Below, one piece after another: positions 55,901 to 64,000 of a stretch of DNA of 64,000 bases (the stretch's first letter is position 1; each line of letters begins with the position of its first letter). The stretch is from Caproicibacter sp. GTDB taxonomy: Bacteria > Bacillota > Clostridia > Oscillospirales > Acutalibacteraceae. The DNA lies in assembly GCF_046707225.1 (NCBI RefSeq), contig NZ_JBJKOP010000036.1:70832-134831 (forward strand). Direction: 5' to 3'. Made by a program: the position numbers and the translations under genes. The notes beneath the pieces are model-generated. The model was not told the origin of the DNA. It ran no database searches and worked only from the letters and a program-made list of their open reading frames with translations.

Positions 55901-56389
55901 TCAGAATTCGTTCAGCTGGTGTGAATCATTCATTTTACACTTATCATTTATCAATATGAACACGATATTTTCACTCTTCTGCAAAATGCTTTCATTGCTG
56001 CTTTTACCGGATAAAGCTGAAGATGCGAGTGAAATTCCAATGACTGCAACCGCAGCTAAGGCCATCACTATGACTTGAGTTGTAATCAGGCCATTAAGCC
56101 CCACCCCAAACAGCGGCTTATAAAAAACTGAAACTAAAATTGAAGTAAGCCAGTAAATACCCAGCGTTGTAGAAACACCTGCGGTCAAAGGCAATTTATT
56201 CTTATTGGTCTTGTTGGCCGGTGCAGTTCCAATAAAAAATGATACCTCTGAAATAAGTACGAAAGTCAGCGCTACATAATCAATCAACGATTTCTGACTA
56301 AATCCGAATCCGACAAAAAACACAATTAGAGTCACAAAAAGAACAATGCACGCCAGAGCCAAAAGAATATAGCGTGCTGTTTTGCTCAA
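55901..56389 (-). CDS. Small integral membrane protein (4 TM)
   Basis: 162 aa. TTG start with GAGGGA RBS. No recognisable motif. Confidence 0.55.
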   Translation of the reverse strand: MSKTARYILLALACIVLFVTLIVFFVGFGFSQKSLIDYVALTFVLISEVSFFIGTAPANKTNKNKLPLTAGVSTTLGIYWLTSILVSVFYKPLFGVGLNGLITTQVIVMALAAVAVIGISLASSALSGKSSNESILQKSENIVFILINDKCKMNDSHQLNEF

Positions 56390-56443
56390 AAGATCATCCC
56401 TCTGCTTTCATATGCAAAATATAGGAAACTGATTGCCGCCATT

Positions 56444-57757
56444 TTATAACTTTGCTCCACATTCCGGGCAGAATTTAGGTGCCCCGCTTATTTCCTGGCC
56501 GCAATTTAGACATTTTTTTATGATGGAAATCCCACACTCCGGGCAGAACTTTGCCTTTTCATTTTCGATCAGAGCACCGCAGCCGGGGCATTTACGCGGC
56601 AGCACGTATCCGCATTCGGGGCATACGGTTGCGCCTTCTTTCAGATCGGCTTTGCATTTTGGGCACGGAGTATACACATTCCCGCACTCGATACAGAATT
56701 TGGCGGTCGCAGGGAATTTTGCTCCGCAGTTACTGCAGACGATTAAATCTGGGGTACTTTGAGTATGCTGTTTTTCTGCATCACTTTTATAGTTTAATAC
56801 ATCACAGCCGCATTTGCCGCAGAAACGCTGATCTTTATCGATTTCCGTGTTGCAATTCGGGCAGAATTTTTTCTCTGTTATATTAAGGGTGCGCGACATG
56901 TTGGACATTTGCGTCCCCAGGCCTCCGCCTACCCCAAGACCCATGCCCAAGCCGAGCCCTGCGCCCATGATTCCTCCTGATGTTCCCTGATTTGTTGCCG
57001 CCCCCTCAAGGGTATCGAATGAACGCTCCTGTGTGTAATTGTATCCGACGATATCCATTTCAGCCCGTTTGGCGAGAGCGTCCTTCAATTTCATTACGGC
57101 CGGGTCATCTTCGGGCACACTGATATCATTTATGTAGAAATTGACCAGCTTGATTCCGTATTCCTCCAGAGCAGGAAGAATTTCCCGGCTTAATTCATCA
57201 GACAATTCACTAAGATAAGCATTTATTTCGAGTACGCTGATTTGCTTATGTATTAAATAGGACGATATCGAATCTTTTACCTTTGTTAAATACAATCCTC
57301 TGAAATATTTAATCAGGTCGGCCTTGTTAAATTCAGGTACTGTTCCAACGAGTTTTATCAAAAACCTTCTAGAATCTTCAATCTGAATACCGAATTGACC
57401 GAATGAACGCAGGGGTATAAATACCTTGTATTTAGGATCCTGCAGTTGTATAGGGGTTGCAGTTCCCCATTTGATATCCAGAGAATTAATTTTATTAACA
57501 TACCATACTTCAGCAGTGAATGGAGAACGACCTCCGAAAGGCAGATTAATAATTTTGCTCAAAATAGGTATGTTGGCTGTTTCCAATGTATGCCTGCCAC
57601 TTGTAAAGAGGTCTAAGGCCTGCCCTCCCTTAAATAGGATCGCTTCCTGAGCTTCGTTTACAATAAGTTGTGTCCAGGTTCCCAACTCCTCGCTTGGAAA
57701 TTTCCAAGCAAACACATCCGGATTACCATTGTATTTGACAACCTCTACGATAGCCAT
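56444..57757 (-). CDS. SPFH/band-7-type (YdjI/COG4260-like) protein with a Gly-rich linker and five C-terminal zinc ribbons
   Basis: Start at MAIVEVVKYNG (AGGAGTGAGG RBS). N-terminal 270 aa match the YdjI-like SPFH pattern (VFAWKFP...LIVNEAQEAILFKGG...FTAEVWYVN). The C-terminus has 5x CxxC-N10-14-CxxCG. Confidence 0.75.
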   Translation of the reverse strand: MAIVEVVKYNGNPDVFAWKFPSEELGTWTQLIVNEAQEAILFKGGQALDLFTSGRHTLETANIPILSKIINLPFGGRSPFTAEVWYVNKINSLDIKWGTATPIQLQDPKYKVFIPLRSFGQFGIQIEDSRRFLIKLVGTVPEFNKADLIKYFRGLYLTKVKDSISSYLIHKQISVLEINAYLSELSDELSREILPALEEYGIKLVNFYINDISVPEDDPAVMKLKDALAKRAEMDIVGYNYTQERSFDTLEGAATNQGTSGGIMGAGLGLGMGLGVGGGLGTQMSNMSRTLNITEKKFCPNCNTEIDKDQRFCGKCGCDVLNYKSDAEKQHTQSTPDLIVCSNCGAKFPATAKFCIECGNVYTPCPKCKADLKEGATVCPECGYVLPRKCPGCGALIENEKAKFCPECGISIIKKCLNCGQEISGAPKFCPECGAKL

Positions 57758-57836
57758 GTCCTCACTCCTAAGAATATTATTAGACTGTTGCAATAATGGC
57801 AATGATTGATACAAAATCGGTTTATCATATATACGA

Positions 57837-57845
57837 ATTATAGCA
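57837..57845 (-). promoter_or_regulatory. Candidate extended -10 promoter of the SPFH operon
   Basis: TGCTATAAT on the minus strand, 80 nt upstream of the start codon. AT-rich context. Confidence 0.35.
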
Positions 57846-57913
57846 TAATTATTGTGTCGGTACAATTATATAGTCAGTTTTTACCTGTTTCGGAAAATAG
57901 CCTCGAAAATGGA

Positions 57914-57948
57914 CAAAAAAAGCCCGCAGGCCCCAGAGCCATGCGGGT
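57914..57948 (-). terminator. Intrinsic terminator downstream of tRNA-Ala
   Basis: CCCGCA / TGCGGG hairpin followed on the minus strand by T7. Confidence 0.6.
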
Positions 57949-57955
57949 TTCGTTA

Positions 57956-58031
57956 TGGTGGAGCATAGCGGGATCGAACCGCTGACCTCCACACTGCCAG
58001 TGTGGCGCTCTCCCAGCTGAGCTAATGCCCC
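57956..58031 (-). tRNA. tRNA-Ala (anticodon GGC)
   Basis: The reverse complement GGGGCATTAGCTCAGCTGGGAGAGCGCCACACTGGCAGTGTGGAGGTCAGCGGTTCGATCCCGCTATGCTCCACCA folds as a cloverleaf. Anticodon loop CUGGCAG. G3:U70 Ala identity pair. Encoded CCA. Confidence 0.95.
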
Positions 58032-58056
58032 AAATGCCTTATTTTTCAGACAGCTT

Positions 58057-58065
58057 TGTTATAAT
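58057..58065 (+). promoter_or_regulatory. Candidate extended -10 promoter of the CNNM/CorC gene
   Basis: TGTTATAAT (TGnTATAAT). Confidence 0.4.
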
Positions 58066-58192
58066 ATCATATTCGCCTTTTTTTTGCAAGAGCTATTCGG
58101 ATATTTTTTAAAAAATCGGATAACAGGAATGAAATTGAAAAAATATGGAAATCGTGATAAAATAAAAAATAAAAATCCAAAAGGGGATCTGC

Positions 58193-59461
58193 ATGACATA
58201 CCAAATCTTATTGATTTTAGCGTTCACGCTGATGTCGGCCTTTTTTTCTGCCAGCGAAACAGCGTTTACAACTCTGAATAAAGTGAGAATTAAAAGTTTA
58301 GCGAATAACGGGAACGAGCGTGCCGCCGCCGCCTTTCATCTGGTGGAAAATTACGACAGTCTGCTTTCCACGATTCTGATCGGCAACAATATTGTCAATA
58401 TTGCGGGCGCTTCCATTGCGACGATTGTCTTTACAAACTTATACGGGAGCGCAGGCGTTACGATTTCCACCGCCGCCATGACGGTGATCGTATTGATTTT
58501 GGGGGAGATATCCCCAAAGTTTCTTGCCAAGGAAAGCCCCGAAAGTTTTGCGCTTTCGGCTACACCGGCGCTGACTTTTTTCGTTTTTCTTTTCACGCCC
58601 CTGAATTACATTTCCTCCTGGTGGAAGAAGCTGCTGGGGCATCTGTTTAAGCGCAAGGATGAAAAAAAAGTTACGCAGGAAGAGCTGATGACTTTTGTCG
58701 ATGAAGCCCAGAATGACGGCGGCATCGATGAGCGCAACGGGGAGTTGATTCGCTCCGCAATAGAGTTTAACGACCTTGATGCGAACGATATATTAACTCC
58801 AAGAGTTAATATCGTAGCGGTTGATCAAAAAACGCCTATGGAAAAAATCACCGAGCTGTTTTTAAATACAAACTATTCGCGACTGCCGGTTTACGAGGAG
58901 TCTATTGATAATATTGTCGGCATGATCCATGAGAAAGATTATTTCCGGGCCTTGCACCGGGGCGAATCCAGTGTTTCACAGATTATAAAAAAGGTTTCTT
59001 ATGTCGGCACAGGCATGAAGATTTCGGATCTTCTGCGGCTTTTACAGCAGGTAAAAACACATATGGCCGTTGTTGTCGACGAATTCGGCGGCACGGAAGG
59101 CATCGTGACGATGGAAGATATTCTGGAGGAGCTTGTAGGAGACATTTGGGATGAACATGACGAAGTGATCGATTATTTTAAGGAAATAGACGATCTGACT
59201 TATGAAGTCAACTGCGCGGCGAACCTGGACGACATGTTCGATTTTTTTGACCTGAAGAAATCGGATGACGAATTCGATTCCGTGACGGTCAGCGGCTGGG
59301 TGATGGAGCAGCTTGGAAAAATACCCGCCGCAGGGGACAATTTTGAATTCCAGAAAATAAAAATCACCGTATTGAAGGCTGCCGCCAGACACGCAACAAT
59401 GGTATCGTTTCTGCTGCCGTGTCCGATCAATGAGGAACAGGACCGGAAAAACAGCGATTGA
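58193..59461 (+). CDS. CNNM/CorC-family protein (DUF21 membrane domain + CBS pair + CorC_HlyC domain); putative Mg/Co efflux, hemolysin-like
   Basis: 422 aa. N-terminus FFSASETAFTTLN. CBS region. C-terminus EGIVTMEDILEELVGDIWDEHD. Confidence 0.85.
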   Translation: MTYQILLILAFTLMSAFFSASETAFTTLNKVRIKSLANNGNERAAAAFHLVENYDSLLSTILIGNNIVNIAGASIATIVFTNLYGSAGVTISTAAMTVIVLILGEISPKFLAKESPESFALSATPALTFFVFLFTPLNYISSWWKKLLGHLFKRKDEKKVTQEELMTFVDEAQNDGGIDERNGELIRSAIEFNDLDANDILTPRVNIVAVDQKTPMEKITELFLNTNYSRLPVYEESIDNIVGMIHEKDYFRALHRGESSVSQIIKKVSYVGTGMKISDLLRLLQQVKTHMAVVVDEFGGTEGIVTMEDILEELVGDIWDEHDEVIDYFKEIDDLTYEVNCAANLDDMFDFFDLKKSDDEFDSVTVSGWVMEQLGKIPAAGDNFEFQKIKITVLKAAARHATMVSFLLPCPINEEQDRKNSD

Positions 59462-59485
59462 TTTGTCGGAAAGCGGGGGGGGGTT

Positions 59486-60082
59486 ATGTCTGAGTCACTC
59501 ATCACCAAAAAGGCGATTGCACAATCCGTCAAGGAACTCATGAAAAAAGAGGATCTCAGAAAAATATCGGTCGCAGACATTGTGCAGCACTGCGGAATCA
59601 ACCGCCAGACGTTTTATTATCATTTTAAAGATAAGTATGATCTTGTAAACTGGATTTACTACAACGAGGTTGTTTCCGCTGTCTCCTCCCGCAAGACCTT
59701 TCAGGACTGGAGCGATGTTCTGCTCGAAATCCTTAGCATCATGAAAAGGGAAAAATTTTTTTACAGAAACGCGTTGAATGTGACAGGGCAGAACGCTTTT
59801 CAGGATTATTTTTTCACTTTGACAAAAAGCCTGCTGGTCGAGATTGTCAATGCGGTGGAGGACGGGAAGGAAATTCAGAAAGCGGATAAGAATTTTATCG
59901 CCGAGTTCTATACATACGGCCTGGTCGGAATCGTAATACAGTGGGCTCGCAGCGGAATGAAAGAGCAGCCTCAGGAATTGGTGGACAGGTTGAAGTATTT
60001 TATCGACGACAGCAAAAAGGTTGCGGCCGCAAGATATTTGGGCGGAATCGCCGGCCAGTCCAAAAGGCCGGACCGGCGTTAA
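59486..60082 (+). CDS. TetR-family regulator (DhaS-like subgroup)
   Basis: 198 aa. ISVADIVQHCGINRQTFYYHFKDKYDLVNWIY. Paralogue of 32397-32951. Confidence 0.85.
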   Translation: MSESLITKKAIAQSVKELMKKEDLRKISVADIVQHCGINRQTFYYHFKDKYDLVNWIYYNEVVSAVSSRKTFQDWSDVLLEILSIMKREKFFYRNALNVTGQNAFQDYFFTLTKSLLVEIVNAVEDGKEIQKADKNFIAEFYTYGLVGIVIQWARSGMKEQPQELVDRLKYFIDDSKKVAAARYLGGIAGQSKRPDRR

Positions 60083-61056
60083 CACCAACGCGCCTGAGGG
60101 GTCCGGCAGTGGCGCTTGATCTTTTTGTCCGAAAAAATCAAATAACATCGCCCGCCTGATACAAACCGGTTCAGGATCATTCGGTCGGTTTCCGAACCGA
60201 GCAGCAACAGCGGCTTGCTGCGGGAAGTTAAGGAATATTTTATCAGCCTGTTTACGGCCAGACGGCAGGCGCCCGGCTGATCTCCCTGTTCCACAGCGTA
60301 ATACCAGCCGAACAGACAGCCATACTTTGCCATACAGTTGATGAAGCCGTCGCTGCAGCATGATTTTGCTGTGGTGGAGCCTATTTCAGCAATATAGCCG
60401 AACAGGCATTTCTGCTTTTTTAAAATTTGAAAGAAACGGCTGCATTCCGCGACCATTTTTTCAGGCTCGATCCGGGTGTTGATTCTCACGGATAAAATAA
60501 TGTTTCCGGCCTTCGCAACCTCCCCTGCGAGGGCTTCATTGATATCGTTCCCATCCGCGGCGATATAAAAGACACAGTCCCTGTTTTTTCGGCATATGTC
60601 GAGAATCCTTTCACGAAAACGGAGAGGACGGCAACCGCAGAGGACGAAGAAATAGATTCCTGCTTCTTTTGCCGACGTTACCTTTTCGGAAAGCCGGTCG
60701 GGTGAAAACGGGAGAGACCCTTTCGGTCGGTTTTCCACGGCAACCCGCTCCGGGTCGGACGGAATGGCAATACGGTTATAGCACATATTTGTACCGACGG
60801 TTTTTAAAATGAAATGGTCCACGTTGCGAACCATCGAGGTTATCATCCGGTAGAAGCAGCTTCTTGGATTTTCCGCTTCGCGGCGTATTTTTGACATGAT
60901 GCTTTCCCCGAACAGGTCTTCGGTCATGTAGCTGAACAAATCCACCGCGTGTTTCATGCTCCGGCGGGGGTCTTCCACAATTTTTCGAAGAGCAAGGTCT
61001 ACGGTTGCCCCGATTGCGGCCCTCTTCATAACGGAATCGAAATTCATGCTGATCAC
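60079..61056 (-). CDS. Radical-SAM-like protein lacking the CX3CX2C triad and the GGE SAM motif (degenerate paralogue or pseudogene)
   Basis: 325 aa. GIYFFVLCGCRPLRF sits where radical-SAM enzymes have ..SGGEPL... No CX3CX2C anywhere. Ends shortly after GGRCYLIF. Confidence 0.4.
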   Translation of the reverse strand: MISMNFDSVMKRAAIGATVDLALRKIVEDPRRSMKHAVDLFSYMTEDLFGESIMSKIRREAENPRSCFYRMITSMVRNVDHFILKTVGTNMCYNRIAIPSDPERVAVENRPKGSLPFSPDRLSEKVTSAKEAGIYFFVLCGCRPLRFRERILDICRKNRDCVFYIAADGNDINEALAGEVAKAGNIILSVRINTRIEPEKMVAECSRFFQILKKQKCLFGYIAEIGSTTAKSCCSDGFINCMAKYGCLFGWYYAVEQGDQPGACRLAVNRLIKYSLTSRSKPLLLLGSETDRMILNRFVSGGRCYLIFSDKKIKRHCRTPQARWC

Positions 61057-61285
61057 TCCCTTTTTAAAATACCTTTTTGCCGAAAAGCATTAAATAGACA
61101 ATTTCATAAAAGTGTCACATTTTTTTACAATTTTGTCGAATTAATATGACAGGCAGGGAAACTAAACAAGAAATCGGTAATTTGTATCTGTGATCTGTTA
61201 AAAATAAGGCTTTCCTCCCGCCGGCAATATGATATACTTTTATTGCGGGACTGAAAAAGTTGAGGTGTATGTCGCTGTGAAGGCT

Positions 61286-62239
61286 ATGGAACTTTCCCTT
61301 ATATTGCCGGTTAAAAATGTTGAAGAAGAAATTGTGGGTGTCCTCGATTTTATTCAGAAGCAGACCGAGAGCTTGAGCTCGGAATTAATTGTTGTCGACA
61401 TGGGTTCCACCGACCGTACGGTTTTGCAGGCGGTTCGCCGGATGAAGGATATGGGACTTCACGGTTATGTCATTCAGAATGGGAACTCAACGGCTTCCGC
61501 AGCACTGAATACGGGAATTCAAAAGGCGGACGGCAGTTACATTTCCTTTGTATTCGCCCGCAGATTATATGAAAATTTTATCCCTGTTTATCTGGAAACG
61601 GCAAAGCGGACAAAAGCCGATTTCGTATTCGGCTGTACAAGCCGGGAAGAAGCCCGCGCCGCCGAGCGCCGTTCGCTGAGCAGCGCAATCCTTCACCGCG
61701 GCGGGGGTCAGTATTTGAAGGACTGGGTTCTCCACGGCTCCGCCATTGACATTTCTGCCGTCTTAATCCGGCGCGGCTTCCTGCTGGACCGGCAGATTGA
61801 ATTTGAAGAATCCTGCCGTTACGGTTATTCGGAGGAGTTTATCGCCCGGTGCCTGCTGCTTTCGGACGCTGTCGTGCAGGCGCCCGTTGTGCTGAAGCGA
61901 AACGAAACCAGCGAACTGAAGCGCGGAAAACAGAAACCGGCGGGCACGGATATTTTTCAGCGCGTGGAGTCGGTTCTTCGCGTTGCGGACGCGGTCAGGA
62001 CCAACTGCCCGGGGGATACGGAACTGCTTCGGCTGATCGAACGGGTCAGAGCGCCGCAGGCCGTCATGAATGCGGTGGACGTCCTGCTTCGCGAAGGGAA
62101 TGATATTCGCTCCGTACGGGGGTGCCTTCAGGCTTTTGGCTATAATCATTTACTGACGGTTGACCGCAAAATGGACCCGGGATTGAGAAAGAGCATTCTC
62201 CTGTGGCGCTTTTCGCCCGGACTGTACCGTCCAAAATAA
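61286..62239 (+). CDS. Family-2 glycosyltransferase
   Basis: MELSLILPVKNVEEEI...VVDMGSTDRT. The start is uncertain (GTG 61276 or ATG 61286; the ORF track gives 61229). Confidence 0.7.
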   Translation: MELSLILPVKNVEEEIVGVLDFIQKQTESLSSELIVVDMGSTDRTVLQAVRRMKDMGLHGYVIQNGNSTASAALNTGIQKADGSYISFVFARRLYENFIPVYLETAKRTKADFVFGCTSREEARAAERRSLSSAILHRGGGQYLKDWVLHGSAIDISAVLIRRGFLLDRQIEFEESCRYGYSEEFIARCLLLSDAVVQAPVVLKRNETSELKRGKQKPAGTDIFQRVESVLRVADAVRTNCPGDTELLRLIERVRAPQAVMNAVDVLLREGNDIRSVRGCLQAFGYNHLLTVDRKMDPGLRKSILLWRFSPGLYRPK

Positions 62240-62386
62240 ATCATTTTTCTGGCCGCCCCGGTTTGGGACGGCCTTTTTTTCAAGAAAATCGCAGCCGATG
62301 CGAAAAAATACTCGAAGTCTTCAATAAAAACAACCCGCTCCGGAATCTAAACAGATGAGCGCGAAATGAGGAAATGAGGTGCGGCA

Positions 62387-62854
62387 GTGGACGACACATC
62401 CTTCTTTGAAAGGACGGACCAATTGAAGCGGAGATTGTACCGGATTGCTTTCGGCTATCTCGGGAATGAAAACAGCGCGCTGGAAGCCGTGGACGAAACA
62501 ATCTTCCGAGGGTACGGCGCGAGGAAAAAATTGAGGCGGAAAGAGTTTTTTGAAACCTGGATGACCCGCATCCTGATTAATGTCTGTAAAAAGGAGTTAA
62601 AGCGCGGCAAACGGGAAACTTCGGTGGAGACGATTCCGGAACAGGCGCGGGAACAGTATGACGCGCTGCCGCTCAAAGAGGCGGTCCGCCGCTTGCCGGA
62701 GGAATTGCGCAGCGTGGTTGTGCTGCGGTATTATGCCGGGCTGACCGTCGCCGAGACCGCGCAGCGGCTTGGAATACCGCAGGGGACGGCGGCAACCAGA
62801 CAGCGCAGGGCGTTGGAACTGTTGAGACTGGAGCTGAAGGAGAATTTGGAATGA
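62387..62854 (+). CDS. ECF-type sigma-70 family sigma factor
   Basis: 155 aa. GTG start with GAGGTG RBS. Region 4: LPEELRSVVVLRYYAGLTVAETAQRLGIPQGTAATRQRRAL. Confidence 0.85.
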   Translation: MDDTSFFERTDQLKRRLYRIAFGYLGNENSALEAVDETIFRGYGARKKLRRKEFFETWMTRILINVCKKELKRGKRETSVETIPEQAREQYDALPLKEAVRRLPEELRSVVVLRYYAGLTVAETAQRLGIPQGTAATRQRRALELLRLELKENLE

Positions 62855-64000
62855 ACCGTATGGAAGAATTTATGACACTGCAAAGAGAATTGGAAAATGA
62901 ACCTGCGGCGCTTCAAAGCACGACGCTGCGCTGTCTGGAAAGGGCCGGCAGGGCCAGAAAAAGAGCGCGCTTTTGGAAGATACCGGTTTCCGCAGTTGCG
63001 GCGGCTTTGGCCTGCTTTGTCCTACTGGCAAACACCTCCGTCGCGTTCGCGCGCTCCGTGGGAGGAATCCCTCTGCTCAGCGATCTTGCAAAAGCGGTTA
63101 CGTATGAGCCGGGGCTGAAAGCTGCGATTGACAATGAGTATGTGCAGCCCGTCGGACTGTCGCAGACAAAGAACGGAGTGACCCTGTCCATTCCGTATTT
63201 GATTGCCGACAAAAGTCAGCTGGTTCTGTTTTATTCGCTCCATTCCGCCGACGGACGGAGTCTTGAACTGCGGGGCGCGGGCCTTGGCGGGCCGACCGAT
63301 GAATTTGGAAAAAAAGTCGAATATACTTCTGACTGCGAGGAACCGGAAAACGGCGCGGAGGAGCTGCAAAAAATCCATTACCAGTTTACAAACGGCTCCG
63401 AAACGCCTGAAAAGATTCACCTTGAGCTGATTGCGGCGGACAGGTCCGCGGTTGCGCCGGACGCGCCAGCGGCGGCGAATTTTGCCATGGATGTTTCGAT
63501 CGACCATTCCCTGTTTCAGGAGCCGGAAAAATTCGGAATTCAAAAAGAGTATTCCGTTTCAGGGCAGAAGCTCATCGTTCAGTCGGCGGAAATTGCTCCG
63601 ACTATGACGAAAATCACGCTGGACACGCCGAAAACCAATACCGCGTTGCTCCGCAATATCGCGTTTAGCCTGTCGGACGAACAGGGAAATGTGTGGAGCG
63701 GCAGAAAAAACGGGATAACCGCGACCTTTGACCCCTCCGGCGACAATGTTCGCGACGTTTATCTGGAAAGCAATTATTTCTCTCATTCCAAGCATTTGTA
63801 CCTTAAACTGGAAAGTATCGGCTGGCTGCCGAAATCGATGAGAACTGTTAAAGTTGATGTAAAAAATAAAACGGCTTCGCCGCTAACAGATTCCATCCGG
63901 ATGACGCAGTTGGAACAGAACGGCAGCCGACTGAATCTGACGTTCGAAAAACCCATTGACGGAATGAATCTTTCGCAAATTTTCAGCAGCGTTTATTCCG
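62851..64000 (+). CDS. Anti-sigma factor (single-pass membrane protein with an extracytoplasmic DUF4179-like domain); 3' end beyond the window
   Basis: My own translation from the ATG at 62851 (ATGA overlap with the sigma gene): MNRMEEFMTLQRELENEP...WKIPVSAVAAALACFVLLANTSVAF (TM) ...GVTLSIPYLIADKSQLVLFYSL... Open to the window end, so absent from the ORF track. Confidence 0.7.
   Translation, partial: MNRMEEFMTLQRELENEPAALQSTTLRCLERAGRARKRARFWKIPVSAVAAALACFVLLANTSVAFARSVGGIPLLSDLAKAVTYEPGLKAAIDNEYVQPVGLSQTKNGVTLSIPYLIADKSQLVLFYSLHSADGRSLELRGAGLGGPTDEFGKKVEYTSDCEEPENGAEELQKIHYQFTNGSETPEKIHLELIAADRSAVAPDAPAAANFAMDVSIDHSLFQEPEKFGIQKEYSVSGQKLIVQSAEIAPTMTKITLDTPKTNTALLRNIAFSLSDEQGNVWSGRKNGITATFDPSGDNVRDVYLESNYFSHSKHLYLKLESIGWLPKSMRTVKVDVKNKTASPLTDSIRMTQLEQNGSRLNLTFEKPIDGMNLSQIFSSVYS

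Noticed and set aside
56433-56762. 109-aa plus-strand ORF with repeated PHSGQN.
   Set aside because: It is the antisense image of the repeated FCPECG zinc-ribbon codons of the SPFH gene, not an independent gene.
1-64000. Looked for CRISPR arrays, rRNA genes, intact IS/transposases, toxin-antitoxin pairs and restriction-modification or other classical defence genes.
   Set aside because: I found no regularly spaced direct repeats, no rRNA-like sequence, and no DDE/HUH/tyrosine-recombinase or nuclease/helicase signatures in any ORF of the track.

Overview
Chromosomal segment of a moderately GC-rich Firmicute. Gene content looks Clostridia/Oscillospiraceae-like, but the taxon is inference. Contents from left to right follow. 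(i) 1-13.6 kb: a 13-gene minus-strand Wzx/Wzy-type exopolysaccharide operon. It encodes Wzz, a BY-kinase, an LCP protein, a priming transferase, two acetyltransferases, two GT4 enzymes, a radical-SAM/SPASM-like enzyme, an EpsG-like polymerase, a GT2::pyruvyl-transferase fusion, a flippase and an FrhB-like Fe-S protein. (ii) 13.8-20.7 kb: a Trp T-box leader followed by trpE-GD-C-F-B-A. (iii) A split chrA pair plus a LysR regulator. (iv) 23.0-25.3 kb: the decayed remnant of a serine-recombinase integrative element. It is followed by AT-richer cargo-like genes (TetR plus type-B carboxylesterase), an MFS pump with twin palindromic operators, a ChrB-N-like protein, oleate hydratase plus TetR, a radical-SAM enzyme with CX4CX2C spacing, and a Nudix hydrolase. 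(v) 34.9-47.3 kb: a self-contained sugar/polyol locus. The minus strand carries split transketolase, HAD and an AraD-like enzyme. The rest comprises a Zn-ADH, a SorC regulator, and ptsH-EIIA-EIIB-EIIC(Gat)-2-hydroxyacid DH-class II aldolase-ptsI-TRASH-like membrane protein. (vi) 47.4-55.2 kb: an HTH+PBP regulator and a type-II ABC importer operon extended by a methyltransferase, a HypB/UreG-like G3E GTPase, an orphan ABC ATPase and a leaderless SBP-like protein. This is my top candidate for an undescribed system. (vii) 55.3-57.8 kb: an AT-rich island next to tRNA-Ala(GGC) encoding an SPFH protein with five C-terminal zinc ribbons plus two membrane proteins. (viii) CNNM/CorC, TetR, a radical-SAM-like protein lacking the Cys triad, a GT2, and an ECF sigma/anti-sigma pair. 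I saw no rRNA, CRISPR array or intact transposase. All calls rest on reading the translations and DNA motifs; no database search was possible.
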